Source of the DNA: Candidatus Eiseniibacteriota bacterium
GTDB taxonomy: Bacteria; Eisenbacteria; RBG-16-71-46; SZUA-252
Direction: 5' to 3'
DNA: 64,000 nucleotides
Assembly (NCBI GenBank): GCA_036505295.1
Contig: DASXTQ010000093.1
Span: 5,900-69,899 of the forward strand
In this document: positions 19,116-28,676 of the stretch, piece by piece
How positions within the stretch are numbered: position 1 is the first letter of the stretch
Layout of the letters: each line of letters begins with the position of its first letter
Made by a program: the position numbers and the translations under genes
Notes under the pieces: model-generated
What the model was told of the DNA's origin: nothing
What the model saw: the letters and a program-made list of their open reading frames with translations, nothing else
The model's database searches: none

Positions 19116-21389
19116 CTAGGCGAGCTTGCGGCGGCGGTCGGAGCGACCATCCCGCCGGTCCGGCTTCCTACGACGGTCGTCGTTCTCGCGGGTCGGAAGA
19201 TAGATCGTGACGATGCTGCTCCAGTCCCCTTCGCTCCGCGCGCGGATCTCGCCGCCGTGCTCCCGCACGATCTGGTACGCCATCGCGAGGCCGACGCCCG
19301 CGCCGTAACGCCGCGACGTCGAGAAGGGCACGAACAGGCGATCGAGCACCTCCCCCGCGACCTTCGGCCCGTCGTGCGCGATCTCGGCCTGCACGGCGCC
19401 TTGCGCCGCGCGCGTCTCGACGCGCAGCCGGCCCCCGCTGGGTACCGAATGGAGGGCGTAGCTCAGGACGTTCACGAGCACCTGCCGCATCTTTTCGTTG
19501 TCGAGGAGAAGGGTGGGCACCTCGGGGGCCAGGCGCTTGAGGAGCCGGACGCGCCGGCGCACCAGGTCCTCCGCCTGAGATTGCAGCACATCCTGTACAA
19601 GCGCGTTCAGGCTCTCGAGCTTCAAACGGGGGCGGGTCATCTGCGCCAGCGCGACCTGCTCGCTCAGCACCCGCTCCAACCGCTCGGTCTCGCGCAGGAT
19701 GATCTCGAGGTATTCGCGATTGGGGTCTTTCGGCGTCAGGCTTTTCAGGACTCGTTTGGCGAACCCGGTGATCGCCGCGACGGGGTTCCGGACGTCCTGC
19801 GCGACCTGAACGCCCCGCTCGCCCACGACGGCCAGCTTCTCCGCGTGGCGGAGCTGCGCCTCGACCTCGTGGAGGCGACGATCCTTCATCCGGAGCGTCT
19901 CCTCTTGCGAGGAGCGCGTGTCGGCCAGGGATGCGATCGACGTGAGGAGATCGGCGACGTGCGCGTCCTCGGAATCGAAGGCCGCGGGCGCCTCCTGCGT
20001 GCCGCCCGCTTTGTTGAACACGAGGAGCGCGCCGGAAATCCGGTTCGTCTCGTGAATCGGCGCGGCCAGAAGGCACCGCCAATCCTCCGGCATGAATCCC
20101 GAAAAGCGCGGATCCTCGCTCACGGCGTCGGCGACCAGCGGTTTTCCGTCCGCCTCGAACCACTGGATGATCCAGGCACCGAGCTTCGAAAGATCCTGCG
20201 TCGCGCCGGCATCGACCCCGTGCACGTGCGCCAGCTCGGCGGAGCCGTCCTCCCGCTTGATCCACGCCACGCCCCCCCCGGCCTGGGTCGCGCTCAGGAG
20301 AACCTTGAGCGCCAGCTCGGCGCGCGTTTCCGGCCGCGCCGGCCGGACCGCCGAGCGGCTGAAGTCGATCGCGGCACGAACCGCCGCACCGCGGCGGCGC
20401 GCCACGTCCAGCACCGCATTTCCTTCGAACGCGATCCCGGCCTGCGCGGCGATCGCGCTCAAGAGCTCGACCTGGTCGCTCGTCCAGCCGGCATAGCCCG
20501 CGGATTGGGAGACGAGGAGCACGCCGAGCACGCGTTCGCGGCCGAACAGGGGGAGGATGGCGACCGGACCGTCCGGCAGCGATTCGGCGACGCGGTCCGG
20601 AAGGCGAAGCTCGCGCTGCGGGCTTGCGATCGACGAAGCTCGGCCGTCGAAAACCGCGTCCGCAAGGAGGTCGCGATCCTGATCGAGAGGAAGCCGCTCC
20701 TCCCTGAGACGATCGAACACCTCGCCGTCGAACCCTCCCTGCTCTTCGAACGCCTCCAGATCGAGGATGGCGTGAGGCGGGGCGTCGGGCTCGGCGCGGT
20801 CGGCCCGCCGGTAGGATCCCGCCAGCTCGAGCGCGGTTCCGTCCGGAACAATCCTAAAGAGAAGGATGGTGTCCACTTCCTCCGCGAACGCGCCTCCGAT
20901 CGCCGCGAGGAGAAGCCGCCCGATCCGGCCATGGGTGAGCGCGACGTGCATGAAGGGGATGGAGCGGAAGAGAAACCCGGCGGTGCGGTAGCGCACCCCC
21001 TCTTCCTCGAGCCCGTCCTGGTGCTCGACGCGGACCATCCGCGCTTCTTCCTCGAGAAGGTGAAACAGGAGGCCCAGCGTGGGGATCGCGCCCGCCGCTC
21101 CGCCGGGCAGAGGGTGGACCTGCTCCGCCGCGTCCTGCATGCGGCTGCAGTGGAGGCAGTCCTGGGCGAAACGGGTTTCGAAGTCGGGCCTCGGGTCGAA
21201 AGGGCACGGTCGAGGCGAGAGGTAACACACGCCCTCGGCGACGCGTTGGCAGCCTTGGGCTTTCCGGTCTGCGTAACGCTTCCATCCGATGACGATCTGC
21301 TCTTCGATCCGCGCCGAGCCCGACGCCCGCTTTGCACCCATCGCGCCCCCTCCGTGGAATGATCCGGACGCCCGCCGAGTACGCCCCAC
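19116..21389 (-). CDS. GAF-domain histidine-kinase-like protein with degenerate H, N and G1 boxes (probable pseudokinase)
   Basis: 757-aa ORF. It has a Cys-rich N-terminus, two GAF-like regions, a DHp-like GVQVAQDVRNPVAAITGF (Gln where His is expected) and an HATPase-like C-terminus (GAGVGLAMAYQIVREHGGEI). Confidence 0.8.
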   Translation of the reverse strand: MGRTRRASGSFHGGGAMGAKRASGSARIEEQIVIGWKRYADRKAQGCQRVAEGVCYLSPRPCPFDPRPDFETRFAQDCLHCSRMQDAAEQVHPLPGGAAGAIPTLGLLFHLLEEEARMVRVEHQDGLEEEGVRYRTAGFLFRSIPFMHVALTHGRIGRLLLAAIGGAFAEEVDTILLFRIVPDGTALELAGSYRRADRAEPDAPPHAILDLEAFEEQGGFDGEVFDRLREERLPLDQDRDLLADAVFDGRASSIASPQRELRLPDRVAESLPDGPVAILPLFGRERVLGVLLVSQSAGYAGWTSDQVELLSAIAAQAGIAFEGNAVLDVARRRGAAVRAAIDFSRSAVRPARPETRAELALKVLLSATQAGGGVAWIKREDGSAELAHVHGVDAGATQDLSKLGAWIIQWFEADGKPLVADAVSEDPRFSGFMPEDWRCLLAAPIHETNRISGALLVFNKAGGTQEAPAAFDSEDAHVADLLTSIASLADTRSSQEETLRMKDRRLHEVEAQLRHAEKLAVVGERGVQVAQDVRNPVAAITGFAKRVLKSLTPKDPNREYLEIILRETERLERVLSEQVALAQMTRPRLKLESLNALVQDVLQSQAEDLVRRRVRLLKRLAPEVPTLLLDNEKMRQVLVNVLSYALHSVPSGGRLRVETRAAQGAVQAEIAHDGPKVAGEVLDRLFVPFSTSRRYGAGVGLAMAYQIVREHGGEIRARSEGDWSSIVTIYLPTRENDDRRRKPDRRDGRSDRRRKLA

Positions 21390-21399
21390 CCCTATCAGG

Positions 21400-21428
21400 T
21401 TGATTTACGGCAGGTTAGGCGATATCTT
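21400..21428 (+). promoter_or_regulatory. Putative sigma-70 promoter (TTGATT-17 nt-TATCTT) for the DUF3467 gene
   Basis: The plus strand reads TTGATTtacggcaggttaggcgaTATCTT, 47 nt upstream of the ATG at 21475. That ATG is preceded by AAGGAGGA. Confidence 0.4.
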
Positions 21429-21474
21429 GAGACGGCAATGTCGGCGTAACTTCTTGGGAAAAGGAGGATTAGGA

Positions 21475-21777
21475 ATGGAGCCAAAGCAACAGGGACAGCC
21501 CGGATCCATCAACGTGGAGCTGGGCGAGCGGGAAGCCGAGGGGATCTACTCGAACTTCGTCGTGATCAGCCACTCGCTTTCGGAATTCGTGCTCGATTTT
21601 GCCCGCATCCTTCCCGGGAGTCCGAAAGGCAAAGTATTCGCCCGGGTGGTCATGACGCCGCCGAACGTGCGCTCGCTCCTCACCGCGCTCGAGACCAACG
21701 TCAAGAAGTACGAGGATCAGTTCGGGAAGATCAAATCGTTCGAGGTGCCGAGCAAGGACATCGGTTTCACGACGTAG
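21475..21777 (+). CDS. DUF3467 family protein
   Basis: 100 aa from MEPKQQ, with a strong SD. GIYSNFVVISHSLSEFVLDFARILPG...ARVVMTPPNVRSLLTALETNVKKYEDQFGKI matches my memory of DUF3467. The tracked upstream extension has no support. Confidence 0.75.
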   Translation: MEPKQQGQPGSINVELGEREAEGIYSNFVVISHSLSEFVLDFARILPGSPKGKVFARVVMTPPNVRSLLTALETNVKKYEDQFGKIKSFEVPSKDIGFTT

Positions 21778-22675
21778 GCGGTGGGGTCTTCCAGCGGCGG
21801 TGAAGCCAATACCAGTGATCCGGGCGGCGGCGCACAGCGGCTTCAATCGTCTCGCTGATCGCGCGAGTGAGCCTCTCGACCTCGCGCGGCTCATCCGAGG
21901 CGGGATCGGGTAGAAGCGTGGCGACCAAGCGCGAGCGGAACCGGGCGCCGGGCTCCCGCTCGATCAAGCCGATCCCGATCGGGCAGCCGGTACGATACGC
22001 CAAGCGCGCCGGGCCTGTGTGCGTGGACGCGGGCCGTCCCAAAAAGGGCACGTGGATTCCGACCCGCCGCGCGTCCTGGTCGGGCAGCATTCCCAGAAAG
22101 GCACCCTGGCGCAGCGCCTTGAGCGCCCCGCGCATCCCAAAACCGATCTTAACCGCTTCGATTCCGAGCCTGCTTCGAATCCGGTCGAAGTACTCGTCGC
22201 TCCCCTTGTTGCTCTGCGGAGGAAGCAGATACCGCACCGGACCGCCCGCGGCGCGCAGCGCCGCGCCGCATAGCTCCCAGTTCCCGTAGTGCGCGGTGAT
22301 CATCACCGCACCTTTTCCCTGCCGCGCCCACTCGAGCGCCGGCTCGTACCCGATCAGCTCGACTCGGCGGAGGATTCCCTCGGGCCCGAGGCTGGGAAGG
22401 GCGAGGAATTCCATGAACGAGCGGCCGATCTGAACGAACGTCCTGCGCGCCAGGTCGTGCGCGGGCTTGCCCGCGACCTCGGGTCCGAACGCGGCGGTGA
22501 TGTTCTCGATCGCGATGCGCCTGCGGCGGCCCATCACCCCAAACGCGACCCGGCCCAGGGCGGCGCCGATCGCGCTCGTCCATCGAAACGGAAGGACGCG
22601 AGCCATGAGGCCGATCGAATGGAGTGCTACGACCTCGATCTTTTGGCGAAGGGGACGAAACTGCGAGTGAGCCAT
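21767..22675 (-). CDS. Lipid A biosynthesis (Kdo)2-lipid IVA acyltransferase family protein (LpxL/HtrB-like)
   Basis: 302-aa ORF with ITAHYGNWELCGAAL (the HX4D-type region of the LpxL/LpxM family) and PDQDARR..G..VPFLGRPA. Confidence 0.7.
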   Translation of the reverse strand: MAHSQFRPLRQKIEVVALHSIGLMARVLPFRWTSAIGAALGRVAFGVMGRRRRIAIENITAAFGPEVAGKPAHDLARRTFVQIGRSFMEFLALPSLGPEGILRRVELIGYEPALEWARQGKGAVMITAHYGNWELCGAALRAAGGPVRYLLPPQSNKGSDEYFDRIRSRLGIEAVKIGFGMRGALKALRQGAFLGMLPDQDARRVGIHVPFLGRPASTHTGPARLAYRTGCPIGIGLIEREPGARFRSRLVATLLPDPASDEPREVERLTRAISETIEAAVRRRPDHWYWLHRRWKTPPPTS

Positions 22676-22705
22676 CTCAGGGAGAAAGCCGGCATGCGCG
22701 AGACG

Positions 22706-23794
22706 TCATCGCCGGACCGGGCGGCGCGTTTTCCGCACGAGCCCGCCCGGCGTGCGCCGCGCGAGGTCGGAGAGCTCGAGCGTCAGGAGGGCGACCGCCA
22801 GCTCGGATGCGGTGAGCGATGCCACCTCGGCGAGGTGATCGAGCGGGAGGGGACGTTCGCGCAGGGCGCGGTAGAGCGCCGCTTCCGCCGGCGCAAGCCC
22901 GGCGAGGATGTCCGGGGCCGCATGCGGGTCCGCAGCACGGGGCGGGGCGAAGCGTTCGCGGGCCGACGCGGAACCGGTGCTCCGCGCGCCCTCCCTGAAG
23001 CCTGGGATGAGATCGAGCACATCGTCTGTGCCGCGCACGAGAGTCGCGACACCACCCCGGATCAGCGCGTGCGGCGCCTCTCCCAGCGGCTCCCTCGAAT
23101 CCCACGGAATCGCGGCGACCGGCCGGCCCAGCCGGGCCGCCTCCTTGGCAGTGATCAGCGATCCGCTTCCCGCCCGTCCCTGCACGACCACGACGACGTC
23201 GACCATCGCCGCGAGCAGGCGGTTTCGTGTCGCGAAGGTGCCTCGCGTCGCCGAGGCCCCGGCACGGACCTCACTCATGAGCCCGAGCGACCGGGAGAGC
23301 CTTGCTTGGAGCGCCGCGTTCTCGCGTGGATACGCTCGATCGATGCCGGTGCCCAGGACCGCGCCGCTCACGCCGGCCGCGTCGAGCGCGCCTAGGTGCG
23401 CCGCGGTATCGATGCCGCGCGCGAGACCGCTCACCACCGCGATTCCCAGCACAGCCAAGGATGCGGCGAGACCTCGCGCGACGTCGATACCGTCCTCGGT
23501 CGCGTTCCGCGCTCCCACGACCGCAACCCATGGACCGGGATGATTCCAGGTCCCGACGACAAAGACGCGCGGCGCCGGCTTGAGATCGCGCAACCCCGGC
23601 GGGTAGCCCTCATCCAACGGGCGGAGCTCCCTGCCGTGTTGCCGCGCCGTGACCCCGCTCCACCCTTCCACCCCGAACCCCCGTGCGTCGACCCAGCGCT
23701 CAGCGTGCTGCCTGCTTCGCTTCGTCCGACTCGCCGCCCACGAGCGGATCGCCCGCAACCTCGGTACCGGCAGGCTGGGCTGCGCCCGCCCCAC
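22706..23794 (-). CDS. dprA: DNA processing protein DprA
   Basis: YPPGLRDLKPAPRVFVVG...VVSGLARGIDTAAHLGAL...AVLGTGIDRAYPREN is a typical DprA Rossmann core, with a C-terminal winged-helix-like tail. The tracked start overlaps the upstream gene by 95 nt. A GTG at 23663 is an alternative start. Confidence 0.8.
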   Translation of the reverse strand: MGRAQPSLPVPRLRAIRSWAASRTKRSRQHAERWVDARGFGVEGWSGVTARQHGRELRPLDEGYPPGLRDLKPAPRVFVVGTWNHPGPWVAVVGARNATEDGIDVARGLAASLAVLGIAVVSGLARGIDTAAHLGALDAAGVSGAVLGTGIDRAYPRENAALQARLSRSLGLMSEVRAGASATRGTFATRNRLLAAMVDVVVVVQGRAGSGSLITAKEAARLGRPVAAIPWDSREPLGEAPHALIRGGVATLVRGTDDVLDLIPGFREGARSTGSASARERFAPPRAADPHAAPDILAGLAPAEAALYRALRERPLPLDHLAEVASLTASELAVALLTLELSDLARRTPGGLVRKTRRPVRR

Positions 23795-24299
23795 CGTCCA
23801 TGTGGCTCAGGACCCGCCCCGCAGCCTCCGAATCCCGCTCCACCAAGCCATCGAGCGCGAACCGCCTCGCCCGCTCCGGGAGCGCCTCGAACGCCGCGGC
23901 GAGCTCCTTCGTCGCGAGCTCGTTGCGGCAGAGGAGGACCAGCCCATCCCAGACCGCGTCGCGCACGGTGCGGTTGGGATCCTTGAGCATCTCCACGAGC
24001 GGCGCCGCAGCGCGCGGATTCCCCATCCGCCCGAGCGCCAGAACCGCGGAGGCGCGTGTGTACCAGACCCCGGAGCCCAGGTACTCGATGAGCGGCTCCA
24101 AAACCGGCTCCCCCATCGTGGCGAGGACGCGCGCGGCCTGATCCCTCAGAAACCAGCTCTCCTGCTGCAGCACATCGAGGAGCACCTCGATGGACTCCTC
24201 GGTCGGATTCTGCGCGAGCTGCGTGATCCATCCGAGTTTTTCCTCCGGGTCCCTGTACCTCAACTCCTCCCAGAGCCTGGCGACGTCCTTCGCTACCAT
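23700..24299 (-). CDS. HEAT-repeat protein
   Basis: 199 aa from MVAKDVARLWEELRY. It has repeated ...R..AA.aLg.mG.p.a..pL... units (ARVLATMGEPVLEPLIEYL, AVLALGRMGNPRAAAPLVEML). Confidence 0.6.
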   Translation of the reverse strand: MVAKDVARLWEELRYRDPEEKLGWITQLAQNPTEESIEVLLDVLQQESWFLRDQAARVLATMGEPVLEPLIEYLGSGVWYTRASAVLALGRMGNPRAAAPLVEMLKDPNRTVRDAVWDGLVLLCRNELATKELAAAFEALPERARRFALDGLVERDSEAAGRVLSHMDGGAGAAQPAGTEVAGDPLVGGESDEAKQAAR

Positions 24300-25351
24300 G
24301 GTTCTCGCTCCTTCGCTCCGGCGACATGACGGTCGCCGCCGCCTCGCCCTTCCGCCGGCGCCTGGGCGCCGGCCGCGATCAGCACTTCCCAAACCGTTGC
24401 TACGAGATCGTCCACGCCCGCCCCGGTCACGCCCGAGATCCATCCGCCCCACCGCATGCCCTCGAGCGGAAACGGCGGCCCCCCGCGTGCCTCATCTCCC
24501 TTGAGATCCGAACGGCTCATCGCGACGACCGTGGGCTTTCGCGTTAAATCCTCGCTGTACTCCCTTAGTTCCCGGTTCAGCGTCTCCAGATCCTTGCCGG
24601 GATCGGACGACATGCTGTCGATCAGCATCAAGATGGTCCGCGTCCTCTGTATGTGGCGCAAGAATTCGTGTCCGAGCCCTTTCCCCTGATGCGCCCCCTC
24701 GATGAGTCCCGGAAGGTCCGCCATCACGAAGCTCTGCTCCTCGCGCACGCGCACCAGGCCCAGATGCGGCTCGAGCGTCGTGAACGGGTAGTCCGCGATC
24801 TTGGGCCGCGCCGCGCTCACCCGCGCGAGCAGCGTCGACTTCCCGACGTTGGGGAAGCCCACGATGCCGACGTCGGCAATGAGCCGAAGCTCGAGGAGGA
24901 GCTTCCGCTCCTCCGCCTCTCGACCGGGCTCCGCCTTTCGAGGCGCCTGCCGCGTGGGCGTCGCGAAACGCGCGTTCCCGCGCCCGCCCCGCCCGCCTTT
25001 GGCGGCCACGAACCGGGCTCCTGGCTCCACGAGATCGACGAGGAGATCTCCGCTCGACTCGTCATACACCAGCGTGCCCGGGGGAACCGCCACCGTAACG
25101 TCCTGGCCCGAACGGCCGCTCTTCCTGTTGCCTGACCCGTGCGCGCCCGACTCCGCCTCGAACCGCGCGCGAAACTGAAAATCGAGCAGCGTGCGCAGGT
25201 GCTCGTTCACGACGAGGATGACGCTTCCGCCCTCCCCGCCATCTCCCCCGTCCGGCCCTCCCTTGGGCACATACTTCTCGCGGCGGAAGCTCACGCACCC
25301 TGAGCCCCCGCGCCCGCCGAGGACGGCGATCGATGCCCGATCGGCGAACAC
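24293..25351 (-). CDS. obg: GTPase Obg/CgtA
   Basis: MFADRASIAVLGGRGGSGCVSFRREKYVPKGGPDGGDGGEGGSV is the Obg fold N-terminus. G motifs GFPNVGKST, DLPGLIEGA and SRSD follow. Confidence 0.95.
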   Translation of the reverse strand: MFADRASIAVLGGRGGSGCVSFRREKYVPKGGPDGGDGGEGGSVILVVNEHLRTLLDFQFRARFEAESGAHGSGNRKSGRSGQDVTVAVPPGTLVYDESSGDLLVDLVEPGARFVAAKGGRGGRGNARFATPTRQAPRKAEPGREAEERKLLLELRLIADVGIVGFPNVGKSTLLARVSAARPKIADYPFTTLEPHLGLVRVREEQSFVMADLPGLIEGAHQGKGLGHEFLRHIQRTRTILMLIDSMSSDPGKDLETLNRELREYSEDLTRKPTVVAMSRSDLKGDEARGGPPFPLEGMRWGGWISGVTGAGVDDLVATVWEVLIAAGAQAPAEGRGGGDRHVAGAKEREPW

Positions 25352-25362
25352 GCGGCCCCCCT

Positions 25363-26442
25363 CTACCTGAGCGCGGCGATAACGGCGTCCGCCGCGGCGC
25401 GCGTTCCCACCGCGGTGGGATCGTCCCGCTTCGGCTTCATGTCGTAGGTCACCTTCGTGCCATCACGGATCACCTGGGCGACGGCCCGCTCCAGCCGATC
25501 GCCCGCCTCCCGCTCTCCGATGTGGCGAAGCATGAGCATGCCGCTCAGGATCATCGCGAACGGATTCACCTTGTCCTGGCCCGCGTAACGAGGCGCGCTC
25601 CCGTGTGTCGGCTCGAAAAGCGCCGCGCTGTCACCGATGTTCGCCCCCGGCGCGACGCCCAACCCGCCGATCAACCCCGCGGCGAGGTCCGACACAATGT
25701 CTCCGTAGAGATTCGGTAACACGAGCATGTCGTAGTTTTCAGGGTTTTGGACGAGCTGCATGCACATGTTGTCGACGATGCGGTCCTCGAACTCGATGTC
25801 AGGAACATTCCGCGCGGTCTTGCGCGCCACATCGAGAAAGAGTCCGTCCGAGAACTTCATGATGTTGGCCTTGTGCACCGCGGTGAGTTTCCTGCGTCCG
25901 TTCCGTTTCGCGTATGCGAGGGCGTATCGCGTGATCCGTTCGGTCGCGGCGACGCTGATCGGCTTGATCGAGATGCCGGCGTCCTCCGGAATCTCCAGAC
26001 CCGATTCGGACAGGATCAGTTGACGTAAGTGCGCCGCGCCCGGGCTGCCCCGCTCGAATTCGATGCCCGCGTAAAGGTCCTCCGTGTTCTCCCGCACGAT
26101 CACCAGATCGATGTTGTCGTACCGAGACCGGACTCCCGGGTAGGTCTTGCACGGCCGGATGCACGCGTAGAGATCCAGTTCCTTTCGAAGCAAAACATTC
26201 ACGCTCCGAAATCCTTTTCCAACCGGCGTGGTGATCGGGCCCTTGAGTCCGACTTTCGTCCGCCGGAGCGACTCGAGCACGCGGTCCGGAAGCGGGGTCC
26301 CTTCCTTCTGGAAGACGTCGATCCCCGCGTGTTGCACGTCCCATTCGAACGCGACACCGGTCGCTTCGAGGACGCGGCGGGTGGCCTCCGTGATCTCAGG
26401 CCCGGTCCCATCGCCCGGAATCAACGTCACGCGATGCGGCAT
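25363..26442 (-). CDS. Isocitrate/isopropylmalate dehydrogenase family, NAD-dependent isocitrate dehydrogenase-like
   Basis: 359-aa ORF with [45 protein letters not shown] and the HGSAP motif. Substrate specificity cannot be called by eye. Confidence 0.8.
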   Translation of the reverse strand: MPHRVTLIPGDGTGPEITEATRRVLEATGVAFEWDVQHAGIDVFQKEGTPLPDRVLESLRRTKVGLKGPITTPVGKGFRSVNVLLRKELDLYACIRPCKTYPGVRSRYDNIDLVIVRENTEDLYAGIEFERGSPGAAHLRQLILSESGLEIPEDAGISIKPISVAATERITRYALAYAKRNGRRKLTAVHKANIMKFSDGLFLDVARKTARNVPDIEFEDRIVDNMCMQLVQNPENYDMLVLPNLYGDIVSDLAAGLIGGLGVAPGANIGDSAALFEPTHGSAPRYAGQDKVNPFAMILSGMLMLRHIGEREAGDRLERAVAQVIRDGTKVTYDMKPKRDDPTAVGTRAAADAVIAALR

Positions 26443-26611
26443 CCGCTCCCTTTCGATTTCAGCTTAGAGTTGGGTCGTAACTAATTGGATTCATGGGGCA
26501 TGCGTGCTTCCGACCGGGGAGGTTAAGACCGGTGACTTGCGCGGACCATGAAGCGTCGCATGAGCGTAGGCACGCTACCAAAAGCGGAGGAAGTGAGTCA
26601 AAGGAAAAGCC

Positions 26612-26968
26612 TTACGACTCCGGGGAGCGCCCCGGCTTTTGATCGCGGCTCTTGGATTCACCTTTTGGCTTAGCGGGATCCCCGGACTCCTTGCGTTTCT
26701 GCTCCTTAGCGGGATCTCCTGACTCCTTGCGCTTCTGTTCCTTAGCGGGATCTCCCGACTCTTTGCGCTTCTGTTCCTTATAAGATGTCGACCGGTAATC
26801 GGTCGTGTAAAAGCCGCTGCCCTTGAACACGAGTCCGGCGCCCCCGCCGACCAACCGGCGGACTTTCCCTCGGCACTTGGGGCACCGCTTGCGCGGCGGC
26901 TCCGTCATCGATTGAAACACCTCGAATTTGTGTTTGCACTTCTCACATTCGTATTCGTATGTCGGCAT
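26612..26968 (-). CDS. FmdB/CxxC_CxxC_SSSS zinc-ribbon protein with a repeat-containing basic tail
   Basis: MPTYEYECEKCKHKFEV...RCPKCRG is the FmdB-type zinc ribbon. The tail carries three exact KEQKRKESGDPA units. Confidence 0.8.
   Translation of the reverse strand: MPTYEYECEKCKHKFEVFQSMTEPPRKRCPKCRGKVRRLVGGGAGLVFKGSGFYTTDYRSTSYKEQKRKESGDPAKEQKRKESGDPAKEQKRKESGDPAKPKGESKSRDQKPGRSPES
26669..26776 (-). repeat. 3 x 36-bp imperfect tandem repeat inside the zinc-ribbon gene
   Basis: Units are 26669-26704, 26705-26740 and 26741-26776 (cttagcgggatc[c/t]cc[g/t]gactc[c/t]ttgcg[t/c]ttctg[c/t]tc). The peptide units are identical despite the nucleotide differences. Confidence 0.9.
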
Positions 26969-26981
26969 CAGTTTTCTCCTC

Positions 26982-28172
26982 TCACATCCTGTCCAGCGCG
27001 GCCTCGAGCCGGTTCAGTCCCTCTTCGATGTCGCGGTCGCCGATGGCGTACGACAGCCGCAGGTGTCCTTCCATGCCGAAGGCGGAGCCCGGGACGCAGA
27101 CGATGCGGGCTTCGTCGATCAGGAAATCGCTCAGCCCCGCGGAATCGGTCACGCCGTTTCGGGCCGAGCGGATTCGCTCGCTCAGGTCCGGAAACGCGTA
27201 GAAGGCCCCGTCGGGCGCGACAAGCCGGACGCCGGGCATGCGGCTCAGCCGCCCCGCAATTGTATCGCGGCGGCGGGCGAAACAGTCGCGCATCATGCGC
27301 ACGGAGTCCCGGGGGCCCGTGAAGGCGCGGAGCGCCGCGAACTGGGAGACCGCCGCGGGATTCGAGGTCGATTGGCCCTGAAGGCGCTCCATGCCCTCGG
27401 CCAGATCGGCGGGCGCGGCCGCGAATCCGATCCGCCATCCCGTCATGGCCCAGGTCTTCGATACTCCACCGATCACGATCGTGCGGTCGTAAAGCTCCGG
27501 GTGAAGCGAAGCAATGCTCACGTGACGCGCGTTCCCGAACACAAGCTGCTCGTAGATCTCGTCGGAGAGAACGTAAAGCCCGTGACGGCGGACGACCTCC
27601 CCGAGCGCTTGCAGCTCCTCCGGCGAGTAGACGGCGCCGGACGGATTGTTGGGGCTGTTCAACACCAGGACCTTGGAACGGGGGGTGATCGCCTGCTCCA
27701 GCTGCTCCGGGTTGATCTTCATGCTCCCCTGCTTGGGGTGTACAAACACCGGCTCGCCCCCCACCAGCCGGACAAGCTCGGGGAACGTGACCCAGTACGG
27801 CACCGGGCAGAGCACCTCGTCGCCCGGCTCGATCAAGGTGAGGAACGCGTTCCATATCGAGTGCTTCGCGCCGTTCGAGACCACGACCTGGGACGGCGTG
27901 TATTCGAGCCCGTTCTCGCGCCTGAGCTTCTCCGCGATCGCCGCGCGCAGCTCCGCCACGCCTCCGACCGCGGTGTAGCGTGTATGACCCGCGCGGATCG
28001 CCTGTACGCCCGCCTCCCGGATGTCCTCGGGAGTGTCGAAGTCCGGCTCCCCGGCCGCGAAGGAAATGACCGAGTGCCCTTGCGCCCGTAGCTCGCGCGC
28101 GCGGGCTCCGAGCGCCAAAGTCTCGGAGGGCTTCAACGCACGCACGCGGGCGGAGACGCGCGCGGATTTCAT
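26982..28172 (-). CDS. Pyridoxal-phosphate-dependent aminotransferase, class I (aspartate aminotransferase-like)
   Basis: 396-aa ORF with GEPDFDTPE, LNSPNNPSG and the PLP-lysine motif GVSKTWAMTGWRIGF. Confidence 0.88.
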   Translation of the reverse strand: MKSARVSARVRALKPSETLALGARARELRAQGHSVISFAAGEPDFDTPEDIREAGVQAIRAGHTRYTAVGGVAELRAAIAEKLRRENGLEYTPSQVVVSNGAKHSIWNAFLTLIEPGDEVLCPVPYWVTFPELVRLVGGEPVFVHPKQGSMKINPEQLEQAITPRSKVLVLNSPNNPSGAVYSPEELQALGEVVRRHGLYVLSDEIYEQLVFGNARHVSIASLHPELYDRTIVIGGVSKTWAMTGWRIGFAAAPADLAEGMERLQGQSTSNPAAVSQFAALRAFTGPRDSVRMMRDCFARRRDTIAGRLSRMPGVRLVAPDGAFYAFPDLSERIRSARNGVTDSAGLSDFLIDEARIVCVPGSAFGMEGHLRLSYAIGDRDIEEGLNRLEAALDRM

Positions 28173-28654
28173 CGGGCCTGTTTCAGGCGCTCGCGGAGGC
28201 GCGGGGCCACGTTCGGGGGCACGAAATCCTCGATCGCTCCGCCGTAGCGCGCGATCTCCTTCACGAGCGATGCGTTCAGGTAGGTGTAGGTCTCGCTCGG
28301 CATGAGGAACACCGTCTCGATCTGGTCATGCAGCCGGCGGTTCATGAGCGCCATCTGGAATTCGTACTCGAAATCGGAGATGAAGCGAAGCCCTCGAACC
28401 AGAACCGGAATCTTCCGCTGCCTCGCGAAATCGACGAGGAGCCCGGAGAACGGCTCGACGGTGATCCGGCCGAGCGAGGAAGCGGCTTCGCGGATCATCT
28501 CGACGCGCTCCTGCTGCGTAAAAATCACTCCCTTCTCGGCGCGCTCGGCGACCGCGACGGTCAAGGAATCGAACATTCGGAGCGCCCGCTGCATCAGGTC
28601 CAGATGCCCGTTGGTGACCGGGTCAAACGTCCCGGCGAACACCGCGCCTTTCAT
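28169..28654 (-). CDS. coaD: Phosphopantetheine adenylyltransferase
   Basis: 161-aa ORF with MKGAVFAGTFDPVTNGHLDL (T/HxGH motif) and RGLRFISDFEYE. Confidence 0.95.
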   Translation of the reverse strand: MKGAVFAGTFDPVTNGHLDLMQRALRMFDSLTVAVAERAEKGVIFTQQERVEMIREAASSLGRITVEPFSGLLVDFARQRKIPVLVRGLRFISDFEYEFQMALMNRRLHDQIETVFLMPSETYTYLNASLVKEIARYGGAIEDFVPPNVAPRLRERLKQAR

Positions 28655-28676
28655 GCGCCTCCTCTCGGCTCAAGAC

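Noticed and set aside
19092-21362. 756-aa plus-strand ORF covering the whole histidine-kinase-like gene
   Set aside because: It is the antisense mirror of a minus-strand CDS that has clear GAF/HATPase motifs. The translation is R/G/A/P/L-rich with no recognisable motif. This is a typical high-GC artefact.
26572-26601. TTGACT-18 nt-TAGCGT as the promoter for the isocitrate dehydrogenase family gene
   Set aside because: The -10 box is weak, the spacer is long, and it would imply a ~130-nt leader. There is not enough evidence to list it as a feature.
26669-26776. Possible CRISPR array, raised by the 36-bp repeats here and the repeat tract at 42586-42696
   Set aside because: The repeats are directly abutting with no spacers. 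They lie in frame within CDS and encode peptide repeats. No cas genes are present.
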